IMG/VR virus record: IMGVR_UViG_3300045988_054897
From: a virus
DNA length: 39,591 bases
Direction: 5' to 3' (one strand)
The notes below the pieces were generated by a model. The model saw nothing but the letters and a program-made list of their open reading frames with translations. It had not been told where the DNA came from and did no database searches. Below, in pieces: positions 6,595-16,410 of this stretch (the first letter of the stretch is position 1; each line of letters starts with the position of its first letter). The position numbers and the translations under genes were made by a program.

Positions 6595-8835
6595 TTATAC
6601 GATGAGCCTGCGCCCAAGACGGTCGAGCAGCGGCTTTTGTGTGTTGTCGCGCAGCCAGCCTGTGCTGAGCGGCTTGAGCTTGCGATAGTAGATGATGATG
6701 CAGCCGTCGCCTGCCTCGCCGCCGTCGGAGCCACGACCGCCGGGAGCTGCCGTACCATCTTGCGCATACAAGCTTGCCGTTTGAAACGAGCCACTTCTTG
6801 ATGTCGTCTGATGGCTGTCTGCGTAGCCATACCCGCCAGCACCGCCGCCGCCGTTGCCGCCCCGGCCACCATAGCCGCAGCGGGCCTCTTTTGGCGGAGC
6901 GGATGCGTTTGCGCCCGCGCCGCCGCTCGCGGAAATGACAGACGCACTCGAGCTGGATACGCGGCCGCTGCCTCGTGCCGTGGCCGCGCCGCCGTTTGAG
7001 CCAACGGCTGCACCGCCGCCATAGCCTCCGTGCCACTCATAACCGACATAGCCATAATCGCCAGAAGTCCAGTTACCTCTACCGTCTTCCCCGCTTTCCG
7101 TACTATCTGCGCCTGCCTTATACGTTACACCATCTACGGTGATCGCGGGGCTGGGGATCTCTACATACTGGTTATTCTCGATCTTGTAACCGTGGCCGCG
7201 CGAACCGGCAATACCTGCATCACCCGGCATGGCGTAGGTGTCTCCGGTCACCGGGTCGGTGTAGCCGTTTAGGCTGACCGAGCCGCTGTCGCTGGATGAG
7301 CCCCCCATCGTGGTCGCGGTGCCGTGACTGCCATCTTCCGTGCTGTCGGAAAGCGCACCTACGCCGCCCACGCCGCACGCATACGGGACCTTTGCGCCCG
7401 GAACGGCGTTTATCACCGTTTCGACCAGTACCTTGCCGCCCGCGCCCGGATCTCCGGCGTCGCCTCCGGGAACACCTTCTCCGCGCGGGACATAGACATA
7501 GCGGCGTCGGCTGTCGGTAGTCCCATCATCTGTTTCCGTCCAGGATGCGCGAGCTTCAGCGGAGCTGCCGTTGGCGCCGCATTTTCCGCCCTGCCCGCCG
7601 CCGATGAGCACTTTGGTGTAGGTGGTCACGCCTTCCGGCACGGTCCAAGTGCCGGAGCCAGTGAGCAGCACGCGCTCGTCAAAATACTCCGATAATTCCG
7701 GCTGCGGGGGAAGAAAGCCGACGAGCGCCGCCATCTCGCTCTTGAGGGTGCCGCTCATGGTCGTGTCAAGGCTCACGATGCACGCAGAGACCATCTGCTT
7801 ATCGTAGGGGTGATAGACGCTGACCACATGTCCGGGCTTCTCTTGCCCGCTTACAATGCCGTTGGTGATGGTCTCTCGGCACTTATAATAGTCTGCTAGC
7901 CTTTTGGCGACAGCGGAGGAATTGACAAGGGAGACGAGCGTGGCGTCCGTAACGGACTTGACGTTTTCCGCCGCGTTCTCTGTGACGGTTTGCGTCACAA
8001 GACGCGTGTTGTGGATGTACGTCTTGCCCTTGAGCAAGCCGGAGCCGGAGGAGATTTTGGCGTAGTTCGCGCCGCTATCCAAAATAGTGAAGCCTGTCGC
8101 TGTAAGTGAGTGCATCGGCTCGGAGAAGGTGATGATATCTCCTTGCTGAGATGTGCCGGAAAACAGCTCCTTTTCGTCGGTTCCCGCGATGTACTGATGC
8201 TCCGTAACGGTAACGGCGGAGACGGGGTCGCTATAGCTCACTTTGCCGCCGCTGGCATACATTCGGTTGCTGCCAATCGTGGACGAGGCACCATCCCATA
8301 GCGCATCAATGTGCAAAACGCCGTTTAAATCGGTCGTCAAATACGCGCCGATAGCAAACAGCACCTGCACAAGGTTGTCTCTTGCGCTTTTCCCCCGCCT
8401 ATCTGCTTTTGGCTGGCAATACGGCAGCCATCCATATAGCTTGGTGTTGGCAAATACGCTTTTTACAACAACAGGTACGTTCCCGCAGATTTCTTTAACG
8501 ACCTCTGCCACAGTTTGCCCGGTATAGATGCCGCCTTTGTGCGCCATTGCCGCCAAAAGCCCGACCGCAGACCACGCAACGAGCCGATACGAGGTTGCGC
8601 CGGTGCGTGTAATTGACCGGAGATAATAAGTCTGCATGGATGCGTCGGAATCATTTTCCCAAACGCGGATCGGGTCGTTCTTGGCAAAAGCCATAATGGT
8701 CGGATCATTGCATCGGACGACCGCAGTTAGCGTATCCGCCGAAATGCTTTCGCAGCTTAACGATTGTTCGCGCGTCGGCTTGGCACTTTCGGTTTGCGAA
8801 AAAAGAAATGTCCAGTTTTTATAGGTGATCTTCAT
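6595..8835 (-). CDS. Tail-tip / host-specificity-like structural protein with Gly-rich C-terminal domain (746 aa)
   Basis: Start moved to ATG 8835 (MKITYKNW), 2 nt after the upstream stop. TWTVPEGVTTYTKVLIGGGQGGKCGANG... is the glycine-rich domain typical of minor tail proteins. Confidence 0.75.
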   Translation of the reverse strand: MKITYKNWTFLFSQTESAKPTREQSLSCESISADTLTAVVRCNDPTIMAFAKNDPIRVWENDSDASMQTYYLRSITRTGATSYRLVAWSAVGLLAAMAHKGGIYTGQTVAEVVKEICGNVPVVVKSVFANTKLYGWLPYCQPKADRRGKSARDNLVQVLFAIGAYLTTDLNGVLHIDALWDGASSTIGSNRMYASGGKVSYSDPVSAVTVTEHQYIAGTDEKELFSGTSQQGDIITFSEPMHSLTATGFTILDSGANYAKISSGSGLLKGKTYIHNTRLVTQTVTENAAENVKSVTDATLVSLVNSSAVAKRLADYYKCRETITNGIVSGQEKPGHVVSVYHPYDKQMVSACIVSLDTTMSGTLKSEMAALVGFLPPQPELSEYFDERVLLTGSGTWTVPEGVTTYTKVLIGGGQGGKCGANGSSAEARASWTETDDGTTDSRRRYVYVPRGEGVPGGDAGDPGAGGKVLVETVINAVPGAKVPYACGVGGVGALSDSTEDGSHGTATTMGGSSSDSGSVSLNGYTDPVTGDTYAMPGDAGIAGSRGHGYKIENNQYVEIPSPAITVDGVTYKAGADSTESGEDGRGNWTSGDYGYVGYEWHGGYGGGAAVGSNGGAATARGSGRVSSSSASVISASGGAGANASAPPKEARCGYGGRGGNGGGGAGGYGYADSHQTTSRSGSFQTASLYAQDGTAAPGGRGSDGGEAGDGCIIIYYRKLKPLSTGWLRDNTQKPLLDRLGRRLIV

Positions 8836-8837
8836 GC

Positions 8838-9209
8838 TCACTTCTCCGTCAACACGAGCACCGTACCCGTCCAGTATTCCGCCGCGTTTGTCCCCTGCCC
8901 CCGATCTACGCTTTCGGGCGGTTCGCAAGTCATTGCAGCCGTGCGGTAATCTCCCGTTTTAGGATCAAAAAAGTAGACGTTAAGCGTCCCGCTATAAAGC
9001 TGGGCCAGCAACGCATTTAGCTGCGTTTCGGTCAGCGGCATACAGGTGCAGGTGATGACTGCTTTAATTGCCAAAATGTCTTCGGTGAAACTCCCATCGA
9101 GCATATAGCCCTCGTTCGGCCCCTTGATCTTTTTGTGCGTAACCTTATAGCCAACCGGAGTAAAGTACGCAGTGAAGTCAACGTTATTGATCTTGATCGT
9201 TTTTCTCAT
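8838..9209 (-). CDS. Small tail component after the tape measure (Dit / gpM-like position)
   Basis: ORF track; overlaps the TMP stop; synteny. Confidence 0.6.
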   Translation of the reverse strand: MRKTIKINNVDFTAYFTPVGYKVTHKKIKGPNEGYMLDGSFTEDILAIKAVITCTCMPLTETQLNALLAQLYSGTLNVYFFDPKTGDYRTAAMTCEPPESVDRGQGTNAAEYWTGTVLVLTEK

Positions 9210-10496
9210 GCTCCACTCCTTACCGCTTCTGCTTCGTTGTAAGGCACCATTTTTCGAGCCAGTACGGTGCCGTCCAGTTCGGTCGTCAGGTTAATAATGA
9301 TCTGGCCTTCTTTTCCCGCTGCCATAGAGCCAATCCCGGAGGCGATAGAGTTCCCAATAGCCGCAGCGCCAGAAGCTCCAAAATCAATAGATGCGGTTCC
9401 AAAGTCAAGGTTTTTCGAGATGTCGCGCTTAATGAAACCGAACTCGCTGTCCCATCCTTCTCCGAGACCCAACGCCATGTTTGCGCCGATCCCCGCAAAC
9501 ACGCGAGACGGAGAGTGGATGCCGAGCGTTGATTTTACGCCGTCTACAATACCGTCAAAAAAGCCCTCGACCATGCTTTTAAGCCAGTCGCCCATCCTTT
9601 TAATGCCATCCCAAATGCCTTGGACAAGAGCGACGCCGATTTCGATTGCCGCTTCTCCGATATAGCTAAGAGATTGGATAAATGCAGACGCAAGATTTTT
9701 GACAATCTTGGGTGCTTCCGCCAAAAGGGTGGGCAAATTATCAACAAGCCCCTCAACAAGCGCGACGATAAACAGCGTACTTGCCTCAACAAGAGCAACA
9801 AGCGTGTCTGGTTGTGTCAACACTTCCGCAATCTGTGCCACGCAATTTGCTAACTGCGGCGCAATTTCCGGCATAGCCGATGCAATTCCTTGTACTAAAG
9901 CGATCAGCATTTGGACGCCTACGTCTAATAGCTGGGGTATAATTGACAGGATCGCTCCGGTGATTTGCGGTGCCATATCAGCAAGCGCCGAAACGATGCC
10001 TGGCGCTGCGTCTACCACGCCTTGCACTAATGCTGTGGCAGCATCTACAAGCGACGGCAAAACAGAGCTTACGAGCGACGGCAGTTGTTCCGAAATAACA
10101 GGTGCAAGCTTGACAATAAGATCGCCAAATCCCGTGAAAATCTTTTCTATGCGCGGGATAATGTTTTCTGCGGCCTTGCTGACCGAATAGGTAAAGTTTT
10201 CAATCAACTTGTCAAGGTCCGCGTTATCGTCTGCAATTCCGGTCACAAGGTTTGACCAAGCGGACTTCATCATGTTAACGCTGCCTTCGATAGTGCTTGC
10301 CGCTTCCTCTGCCGTTGTTCCGGTGATTCCCATTTGATCTTGGATCACATGGATTGCTTCAATCATCTTGTCGAAAGAAACGCTATTGACTGTGTCCGCT
10401 GTAACTTCAACGGTGTCGCCCAATACCCCGGAATCGTTAATAAGGCGCGCCATCTCTGTTGCTGTCCCGCCATAACCGAGCTTGAGATTATCTAAC
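9206..10496 (-). CDS. Tape measure protein, exon 2
   Basis: From G 10496: (M)LDNLKLGYGGTATEMARLIND... then Ala/Ile/Val-rich helical repeats; see intron feature. Confidence 0.8.
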
Positions 10497-11366
10497 CATT
10501 TCGTTACCCCCGGTTTCCCGGTATTATAAAAAGCCACGCGCGTTTCCGCACATGGCTTTTAAGGGATTAGACTATATCTTCAACTTTTTCAAAAATCCAG
10601 CCCTTTTTATTTCTCTTGCGGTATCGACTGTTGTACTTAATTTCGCTGTCAGAACAGTGGAAGTATTCAGCCGCCGCTTGTCTGGATTCAAATAGGATCG
10701 TTTTGCCGTCGAGATGTGTGGCCCTTACAGGGCGCTTCTTATTTTTAATTCTGGAATGATACCCATACGACAGTGCGTTTTCAGAGGGCGTCACCCATCT
10801 CAAATTAGAAACGTCATTGTTTGAGCGGTTCCCGTCTATGTGGTCAACCCAGCACCTTTCTTTGTTCTCTGGTTTTTCAAGAAAAGCATCAGCAACAAGT
10901 CGGTGTACATGCTTAGATATTGTAATCCTGCAATATCCAGCATTTTTGCTAAGCACCATTATTTGCCCGGTGCTATCTTTCTTAACTCTGCCCTTATTGC
11001 TGACTGAGTATCCCGGTAAATCGGGAATCTGTTTCCAAATCTCCACGGCTTTTAATCCTTTCAGAAAAAGTTGGTGCGCACTTCCAACGTCGTACCAATA
11101 GGCGTTGTACTCGGTGACGAACCGATAGTCGTTTGACCTTCTATGCTTTGTATTATATCATAATTTCACATGCTTTGCAAGTGTAATTTTGATATAGCAT
11201 AGCTTGGCACAGGATAACCATGCTGTAAAAGCCATAAACAGTTTAGGTTTCCCCTGTTAGCACAACTGTCTCATGCGGCCATTTCCTGCCGCCTTTTCAG
11301 CTGCACACCCGTGGTAGGTTCACGCACGCTCACTGCATAATCACTTATGCAGCGGACATTAGATTT
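10497..11366 (-). mobile_element. Group I intron (870 nt) carrying an HNH homing endonuclease, inserted in the tape measure gene
   Basis: 5' exon ends in U (..ACGAU|), intron ends in G (..GAAAUG|). J8/7-like AAGAUAUAGUC at 10580..10570. UAAUCC (10569..10564) can pair with GGAUUA (11058..11053) as P7. Two GAAA-tetraloop hairpins lie at 10510..10555. Confidence 0.75.
10567..11046 (-). CDS. HNH homing endonuclease (intron-encoded)
   Basis: GTG start; PGYSVSNKGRV (NUMOD4-like), VDHIDGNRSNNDVSNLRWVTPSEN (HNH); AT-rich. Confidence 0.85.
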   Translation of the reverse strand: MEIWKQIPDLPGYSVSNKGRVKKDSTGQIMVLSKNAGYCRITISKHVHRLVADAFLEKPENKERCWVDHIDGNRSNNDVSNLRWVTPSENALSYGYHSRIKNKKRPVRATHLDGKTILFESRQAAAEYFHCSDSEIKYNSRYRKRNKKGWIFEKVEDIV

Positions 11367-11845
11367 ATCGTATAGTTCTGCTTGGCAAACCCCTGATAGG
11401 CATTTTGGATCATTTCCATACTTGTGCCCATCTTGTTGGCATTATCTGCCATGTCAATGACGGCCTGATTGGCGATCTCTGCCGCCTTTTCCGTGTCTCC
11501 GCCAAGACCTTGCAGCAAGGACGCCGAAAAAGATGTAACGGTATCCATGTACTCGTTGGCAGACAATCCGGCGGTTTCGTAGGCGCGATTTGCGTACCCT
11601 ATCACTTGATCGGCGGACTGCTTAAACAGCGTTTCCACGCCGCCGACAAGCTGTTCATATTCCGCGTAACCGTCCAAAGATTGTTTTGTTAAGAGGGACA
11701 CGGCCCCGGCAGCAGCGGCAACTGCCGCCGTGCCGATTTTTGCCGCCGTTTTTAGCCCGCTTCCAATTTTTGACGCAATCCCGCCCAAATTGGAACTTGC
11801 TTGATCGTCTACGCTGATTTTGACAAATAAATCAAGTAGATTCAT
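11367..11845 (-). CDS. Tape measure protein, exon 1
   Basis: MNLLDLFVKISVDD...MIQNAYQGFAKQNYT; 479 + 1291 nt = 590 codons once joined to exon 2. Confidence 0.8.
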
Positions 11846-12164
11846 GTTTCACCACCAATCCGCACCGCGCGACAATGTCGGCGGTAATCTCTTCGCACGT
11901 TCGGTTGTCCTGCTTTTTCGGCTCAATAATGTCCGCGTATCGCGCCTTGATGTAGTTTCCGCTCGCAAATTTGGCCGTATTTTCGGCCACAATGCGCAGC
12001 GCGTCCGTCACATAGATGCGGTACGCCTCGGTTTTCGCTCTCTCATTGAGCCGCGCCACGCAGTACCGCAGGAACGGCTTTACTTGTTTTCGCCCTCGGT
12101 ATTCTCCTGCGCAGAGCCAGAGGTTTTCCCGCTCTGCGCTGAGAGAAAAAGTGCGCCGAATGCT
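11832..12164 (-). CDS. gpT-like -1 frame extension of the tail assembly chaperone
   Basis: The -1 frame relative to 12080..12475 is open from 12164 to the stop at 11832 and overlaps the TMP start. No RBS before the GTG at 12059. Confidence 0.5.
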   Translation of the reverse strand, partial: SIRRTFSLSAERENLWLCAGEYRGRKQVKPFLRYCVARLNERAKTEAYRIYVTDALRIVAENTAKFASGNYIKARYADIIEPKKQDNRTCEEITADIVARCGLVVKHEST

Positions 12165-12475
12165 TCATCGGTCAAAAGTTCCGTTGCGTCTCGCATCAGC
12201 TTGACAAGGTTCAACGCTCCCTTGTAGCTCTCCGCGCTCACGCCCTCAATAGAGGCAAGAATGGCGATGATATCACCTTTGTGGCCCTTGAGCAGCGCAG
12301 GGAGCGCTTTTCGCGCCCGCTGCGTCATAAACTCTTTGGCTGTCATGCCCTCAGGCAGCTTCTCGCGCTTGAACATCGCGGATGCCGCATCGTCCTCCGC
12401 AATGTTGGCAATCGGGTCGATGATATCCGCGATGACGTCAAAGACGCGCTCGCCTTGAATGTCGGAAAGTCTCAT
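12080..12475 (-). CDS. Tail assembly chaperone (gpG-like)
   Basis: Position between the major tail and TMP genes; acidic protein; starts directly after the major tail stop. Confidence 0.7.
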   Translation of the reverse strand: MRLSDIQGERVFDVIADIIDPIANIAEDDAASAMFKREKLPEGMTAKEFMTQRARKALPALLKGHKGDIIAILASIEGVSAESYKGALNLVKLMRDATELLTDEAFGALFLSAQSGKTSGSAQENTEGENK

Positions 12476-13063
12476 TTACGCCTCCGCCGTGCCGGCCTTG
12501 ATGTAGATTTCAAAGGGAACGGTGTCCTGCGCGCTCATGGAATAGTGGCCGGTAAACTCAAACGCAAACTGACCCTTGGCCTTGTCGCTCGTCTGGAGCT
12601 GGAAGCCGCCCGTGGAAAGCGCGTTGAGCATGTGGATAGCGATAAAGCCGCCGTTGGTTTCGCCGTTCTTGTCGGAGTAATCGCCTACAAGCCAGATATC
12701 GTCAAAATCCGCGTCCTTGAGGTCGTTGCGCGGTGTGACCTTGGTCGTGTCGGTCGTCCCGATGTCCGCCGCGCCGCACAGCCGCTTTGCAATGGCGGTA
12801 TCGGCATTGACAAACGTACCGGTCATCTTTGCCTCCCACGAATCGAGCTTTTTTAGCTCCTTCATGTTCTTGGGGCAGTTGTCGATATCCTCGCCAAAGT
12901 CTGAATAGGTCGGCGTGGCGGTAAAATTGAAGCCGCCGGTCGTTGCACCGATCTGCCCCGCCTCGCCAATGGTGCCGGTAGCCGGTGTGAAATCGGTCGT
13001 CAGGATGCCGGCGTTGATCTGCAGCTTCTGAAACGCATCAGAAGGAATCTTGGTAAATTTCAT
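12476..13063 (-). CDS. Major tail protein
   Basis: 195 aa, strong RBS, position; TGGFNFTATPTYSDFGEDIDNCP... major-tail-like. Confidence 0.8.
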   Translation of the reverse strand: MKFTKIPSDAFQKLQINAGILTTDFTPATGTIGEAGQIGATTGGFNFTATPTYSDFGEDIDNCPKNMKELKKLDSWEAKMTGTFVNADTAIAKRLCGAADIGTTDTTKVTPRNDLKDADFDDIWLVGDYSDKNGETNGGFIAIHMLNALSTGGFQLQTSDKAKGQFAFEFTGHYSMSAQDTVPFEIYIKAGTAEA

Positions 13064-13078
13064 GTCGTTGTCCTTTCA

Positions 13079-13447
13079 TCAGTTTTGCGACAGGAACTCA
13101 ACCGTAATGTTGAGATACCGCCGCTTGATGTTTTTATCGCTTTCGTCCGCGATATTCTGGCACCACGGGGAGCCGCGCTTGATCCACATTGCCCCGCCGT
13201 CATACGGCACAAGCACGCCGCCCATGCCGATGGCGTCGCTGATTTCCTGTGCCTTTGCGTTGGGTGTCGCTTCGCTCTCGGTGTAATACCAGAGGTTGAC
13301 CGTCAGCGCGATTTCGCCGCTCTCCCATGATCCTGTGATCAGCTCATAGGTCAGCCACGGGAACACCGCATCATCCGGCACGTTGGAGGTTGGATAGGCC
13401 GCCAGGAACCGCGAGAACCATGCGTGTAAAGCCTTATCCTTTGTCAT
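13079..13447 (-). CDS. Tail terminator / tail completion protein
   Basis: Synteny and size (122 aa). Confidence 0.55.
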   Translation of the reverse strand: MTKDKALHAWFSRFLAAYPTSNVPDDAVFPWLTYELITGSWESGEIALTVNLWYYTESEATPNAKAQEISDAIGMGGVLVPYDGGAMWIKRGSPWCQNIADESDKNIKRRYLNITVEFLSQN

Positions 13448-13803
13448 TTCGGCAAATCCTTTCGTTCGGCGGTAAAGAATTTCAGCGCCCGGATCGTCGG
13501 GCCTGCCGACCGCGGAGCAGCCTTTTCCTCGGGGTTTGAGGTCACGCGGTAGGTGTTTCCGGTGGACGTGTCGCGAAAATAGTCGTTATACTCGATGGGA
13601 ACGCTCTGATTGACCAGTGCGGAATATACTGAGGTCACACCCTCCTTTTCCGCCCTGCGGGCCTCCAGCGAGGTTTCGAGCGCCTGATAGTTGAGAAATT
13701 CCGCGCCCTCGGCCCATGCAACGATGTAGCCGCCTGCGCCGTCCGGCGTTCGCGTCTTTTCCATCAGCACGCATTTGCTTGCGAAATCGTCCAGTAAACT
13801 CAC
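13444..13803 (-). CDS. Head-tail adaptor / head closure protein
   Basis: Synteny and size (119 aa); 4-nt overlaps on both sides. Confidence 0.55.
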   Translation of the reverse strand: MSLLDDFASKCVLMEKTRTPDGAGGYIVAWAEGAEFLNYQALETSLEARRAEKEGVTSVYSALVNQSVPIEYNDYFRDTSTGNTYRVTSNPEEKAAPRSAGPTIRALKFFTAERKDLPK

Positions 13804-14234
13804 GGTTCAACCCCCTTGAGCTTTCGCCAGTCGTTTAACCGGCCTCTAAAAGCGTCCTGCCAGCCGTTTAACGTGCCGCTGTCGTTTCCTGCGCTGCGTT
13901 TGGTGTAGGAGTAGCCCCCGAAGCTCTCGCTTTGATACGGGCTTGCAACGGCCTCTCCGTTCTTCTCCTGCCACGCCTCGATCTCAACCGAAAGATCGAT
14001 TACTGCTTTCGGCACGGCAAGCGCCCACACAGAGCCGGTAAACGTCTCGTCCGTTAAATCGACCGCCGGATATTGATGCAGGCCGTCGTTAAACACAGAG
14101 CCGACAATGCGGAAATATTGATTGGTCAGGAGAAAGGGCAGCGTAATGCTGCCATTCTCCACGGTGAACGTGCCCTCGTGAATCTCAACAAGGAACCAGT
14201 TGTGCAAGTGCCGTAAGACCTGTTCAAGCATCAC
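13800..14234 (-). CDS. Head-tail connector protein
   Basis: Synteny directly after the capsid gene. Confidence 0.55.
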   Translation of the reverse strand: MMLEQVLRHLHNWFLVEIHEGTFTVENGSITLPFLLTNQYFRIVGSVFNDGLHQYPAVDLTDETFTGSVWALAVPKAVIDLSVEIEAWQEKNGEAVASPYQSESFGGYSYTKRSAGNDSGTLNGWQDAFRGRLNDWRKLKGVEP

Positions 14235-14246
14235 GCTGCCCTCCTA

Positions 14247-15389
14247 TCAGGTTTTTGCCGTTACGTCAGCGCTGCCGGACTTGAGCGCATGATAGTTGCC
14301 GTCGCACTCAACAACGGTCACCTTCTGGCCAGTCGCAATGGTCAGGTCGCTCTTGCCGTCCCAATCGTTCCAACCGGCGACATTGTCGCCGTAAGCGACG
14401 GTCGCAGCAGAGGCGCCGGACGTGTACTTATACTTGTTGCCCGCAGCAGCCTTTGCCGGAGACACGGTCAGCTTGGTATCGCCGCTCTTGGAGCCAGAGG
14501 CAGAGGTGATTGTCAAAGAGCCAAGCGCGCCGTTGTCGATGGTGCCAACGACCACGCCGTCAATGCGCTCAGCAAACAGCTCCATGCCGTTGATGACAGT
14601 GTCCGACGCGGTCATGTTGGTGTAATCAGGCTCCTCATGAATGCCGATGTAGCCGGTCGCGTCGGTGGTAAAGGTGAAAACCTCCTGCAGATCGGCACTG
14701 TTGACGGGGATGTAGTAGAGAACAATGTTGTCCTTTGCCGTGGCGTAAATCTTACCCTTGGGGACGCTGGCGTTCATAATGAGCGTTCCGAGGCCGAGGA
14801 AGTTCTCGACGTAGCTCATGCCGAACGCGGTCTGCACGGTGATGTTAGCCGTAGACAGATAATCCGCAACGTCCAGCGGATTCATGAAGTAGACCGCGCC
14901 GATCTCATCGTCCTCGAAAAGGACCTGCAGATTGCCCCACGCCTGCGCAAGAACAGTCTGGAAGTTCTTTCCGCTCACCGCGCCGGTGCCGGTCGAGAGG
15001 AAGTCAAAGAAGCTCTTGCGGATGCCCTTCTGCACGTCCTTGAGCATTTCGTCGGTGGTCATTTCCACCGCCTGATCGTAGCCGCGGTCGGTGATCGCCT
15101 CGGCAGAGGTAGCCTTGCGCCACTTTTTAAGCGTGATCTCCTTGTAGTTCACAGCCTCGGTCTTGTAGTGAGAAAGGGGGATGGTGTCACCCTCGGCCAC
15201 AACGCCGCTCTCGAGCGTGCCGGTCGCCTTGTAGCTCTTGAGCACAGTGCCGGCCTGCTTGGCGATCTTACGGGTCACACCCAGGGCCTCCATCAGCTTC
15301 TTGATGGAGTAACCGAACATTTCGGTAAATTCGATCTCGCGCACGCGGGCGAGGTCATTTTTCTTGATCAGATTGGTTTCAGCAGCCAT
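14247..15389 (-). CDS. Major capsid protein with C-terminal Ig-like decoration domain
   Basis: GGAGG RBS; 380 aa after the scaffold gene; C-terminal LTITSASGSKSGDTKLTVSP...VTVVECD looks Big_2-like. Confidence 0.85.
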   Translation of the reverse strand: MAAETNLIKKNDLARVREIEFTEMFGYSIKKLMEALGVTRKIAKQAGTVLKSYKATGTLESGVVAEGDTIPLSHYKTEAVNYKEITLKKWRKATSAEAITDRGYDQAVEMTTDEMLKDVQKGIRKSFFDFLSTGTGAVSGKNFQTVLAQAWGNLQVLFEDDEIGAVYFMNPLDVADYLSTANITVQTAFGMSYVENFLGLGTLIMNASVPKGKIYATAKDNIVLYYIPVNSADLQEVFTFTTDATGYIGIHEEPDYTNMTASDTVINGMELFAERIDGVVVGTIDNGALGSLTITSASGSKSGDTKLTVSPAKAAAGNKYKYTSGASAATVAYGDNVAGWNDWDGKSDLTIATGQKVTVVECDGNYHALKSGSADVTAKT

Positions 15390-15391
15390 AA

Positions 15392-16009
15392 TTAGCCTCC
15401 GTTCTTATTTTCAAAAAGATTGATGTTTGCAGCGATCGCCGCACGGCGCTCCGCTCTGTCTTTGATCTCCATGATCTGATCTTTGGTCATTGCGCCGCCG
15501 CCGGTATTCGCCGGGGGAGTGGCGGGATTCGCGCCCTTTGTCTGCGTGGTGGAGACCAGCCCCTTGTAGGTGCCGTCTACGAGCGCATCAAGGGCCTTGG
15601 TGTCCTTGATCTTCTCGCCGTCCAGTTCCAATGCGGCCATTTCCTCGCCGCAGCCGCGCATGGCAAGGTCGAGATTCGCGCCGGTGATGTTTTTGCTCTC
15701 AAAGTAAGCACGGACAGCCTTTTCCTTTGCCGCCTTGCTCTCCTTTGCCGTGATGTCGGTCTTAAAGGCTTCAAAGGCCGAGTGTTCCTTCTCGTACTTC
15801 TCCTTGTAACCGCCATCGCCTGCTGCCTTGAGGTCGTCCAATTCCTTCTGGACGCTGGGCAGCTTCTCCGCGTCTGCCTTGTACTTCGTGAGATCGTCCT
15901 TGAGGGGGTCGACCACGCCCAGATGCAGCGCAACCAAGCGATTTTCGATCTCTTCGGTGCAAGCCTCGCCGAGAATATTCCTGATTTCCGCTCTCGTAAA
16001 TTTCGCCAT
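15392..16009 (-). CDS. Scaffolding protein
   Basis: Start moved to ATG 16009 (MAKFTRAEI) after AAGGAGAA; charged coiled-coil composition. Confidence 0.75.
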   Translation of the reverse strand: MAKFTRAEIRNILGEACTEEIENRLVALHLGVVDPLKDDLTKYKADAEKLPSVQKELDDLKAAGDGGYKEKYEKEHSAFEAFKTDITAKESKAAKEKAVRAYFESKNITGANLDLAMRGCGEEMAALELDGEKIKDTKALDALVDGTYKGLVSTTQTKGANPATPPANTGGGAMTKDQIMEIKDRAERRAAIAANINLFENKNGG

Positions 16010-16092
16010 GTTATTCGTTCTCCTTTTCTTTGGCCCCAATTCTTCGGGGGCGAACGTTGTATAAAAACCGCTGTACCTCGCGGTGTTTACCT

Positions 16093-16136
16093 AAAACAAA
16101 AGAGCCAACCACCAAGAATTTCTCAGTAGTTGGCTC
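16093..16136 (-). terminator. Intrinsic terminator after the RHH gene, inside the structural gene block
   Basis: Minus strand: GAGCCAAC...GTTGGCTC then TTTTGTTTT. Confidence 0.6.
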
Positions 16137-16177
16137 CTATTGCCCTTTCCCGCGCCCTATTACGCGGAAGATGTTAT

Positions 16178-16354
16178 TTACTTATCGTTGATGTGCGGCA
16201 TTACCGCCGCAAGAATAAACTCTTTCACACTTACGCCTTGCCGTTCTGCGGCATCGCGTATTTTTTTGCCGATTTCTTTATCCACCCGCACCGTTATGGT
16301 GTCCTGTTTTCGGTTGTACTTCGTGCTTGCCCTTATCTGCGCCTCTGTTGCCAT
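16178..16354 (-). CDS. Ribbon-helix-helix (CopG/Arc-type) DNA-binding protein, 58 aa; too short for the ORF track
   Basis: AAAGGAGG RBS; MATEAQIRASTKYNRKQDTITVRVDKEIGKKIRDAAERQGVSVKEFILAAVMPHINDK*. Confidence 0.65.
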   Translation of the reverse strand: MATEAQIRASTKYNRKQDTITVRVDKEIGKKIRDAAERQGVSVKEFILAAVMPHINDK

Positions 16355-16376
16355 GTTGCAAACCTCCTTTTACAAC

Positions 16377-16410
16377 ATGGTATCACATTTCAAACAATAA
16401 GTCAACTTAT
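16377..16410 (-). promoter_or_regulatory. RHH gene promoter overlapping palindrome O1
   Basis: Minus strand: TTGACT (16405..16400), 17 nt, TGaTACCAT (-10 at 16382..16377). ATAAGTcaACTTAT at 16397-16410 covers the -35. Confidence 0.5.

Noticed and set aside
6396-7055. Alternative-frame minus-strand ORFs (219 aa and 153 aa) inside the tail-tip gene
   Set aside because: They overlap the Gly-rich coding region of 6595..8835 in other frames. Their Ala/Arg-rich composition is what frame-shifted GGN repeats produce, and they have no start signals.
14289-15395. 368-aa plus-strand ORF
   Set aside because: It lies exactly antisense to the major capsid gene, is Arg/Gly/Val/Ala-rich and has no RBS. This is a typical shadow ORF of GC-rich DNA. 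The same reasoning applies to 16876..17769, 20412..21071, 24699..25619, 26013..26909, 12281..12856 and 38076..38699.
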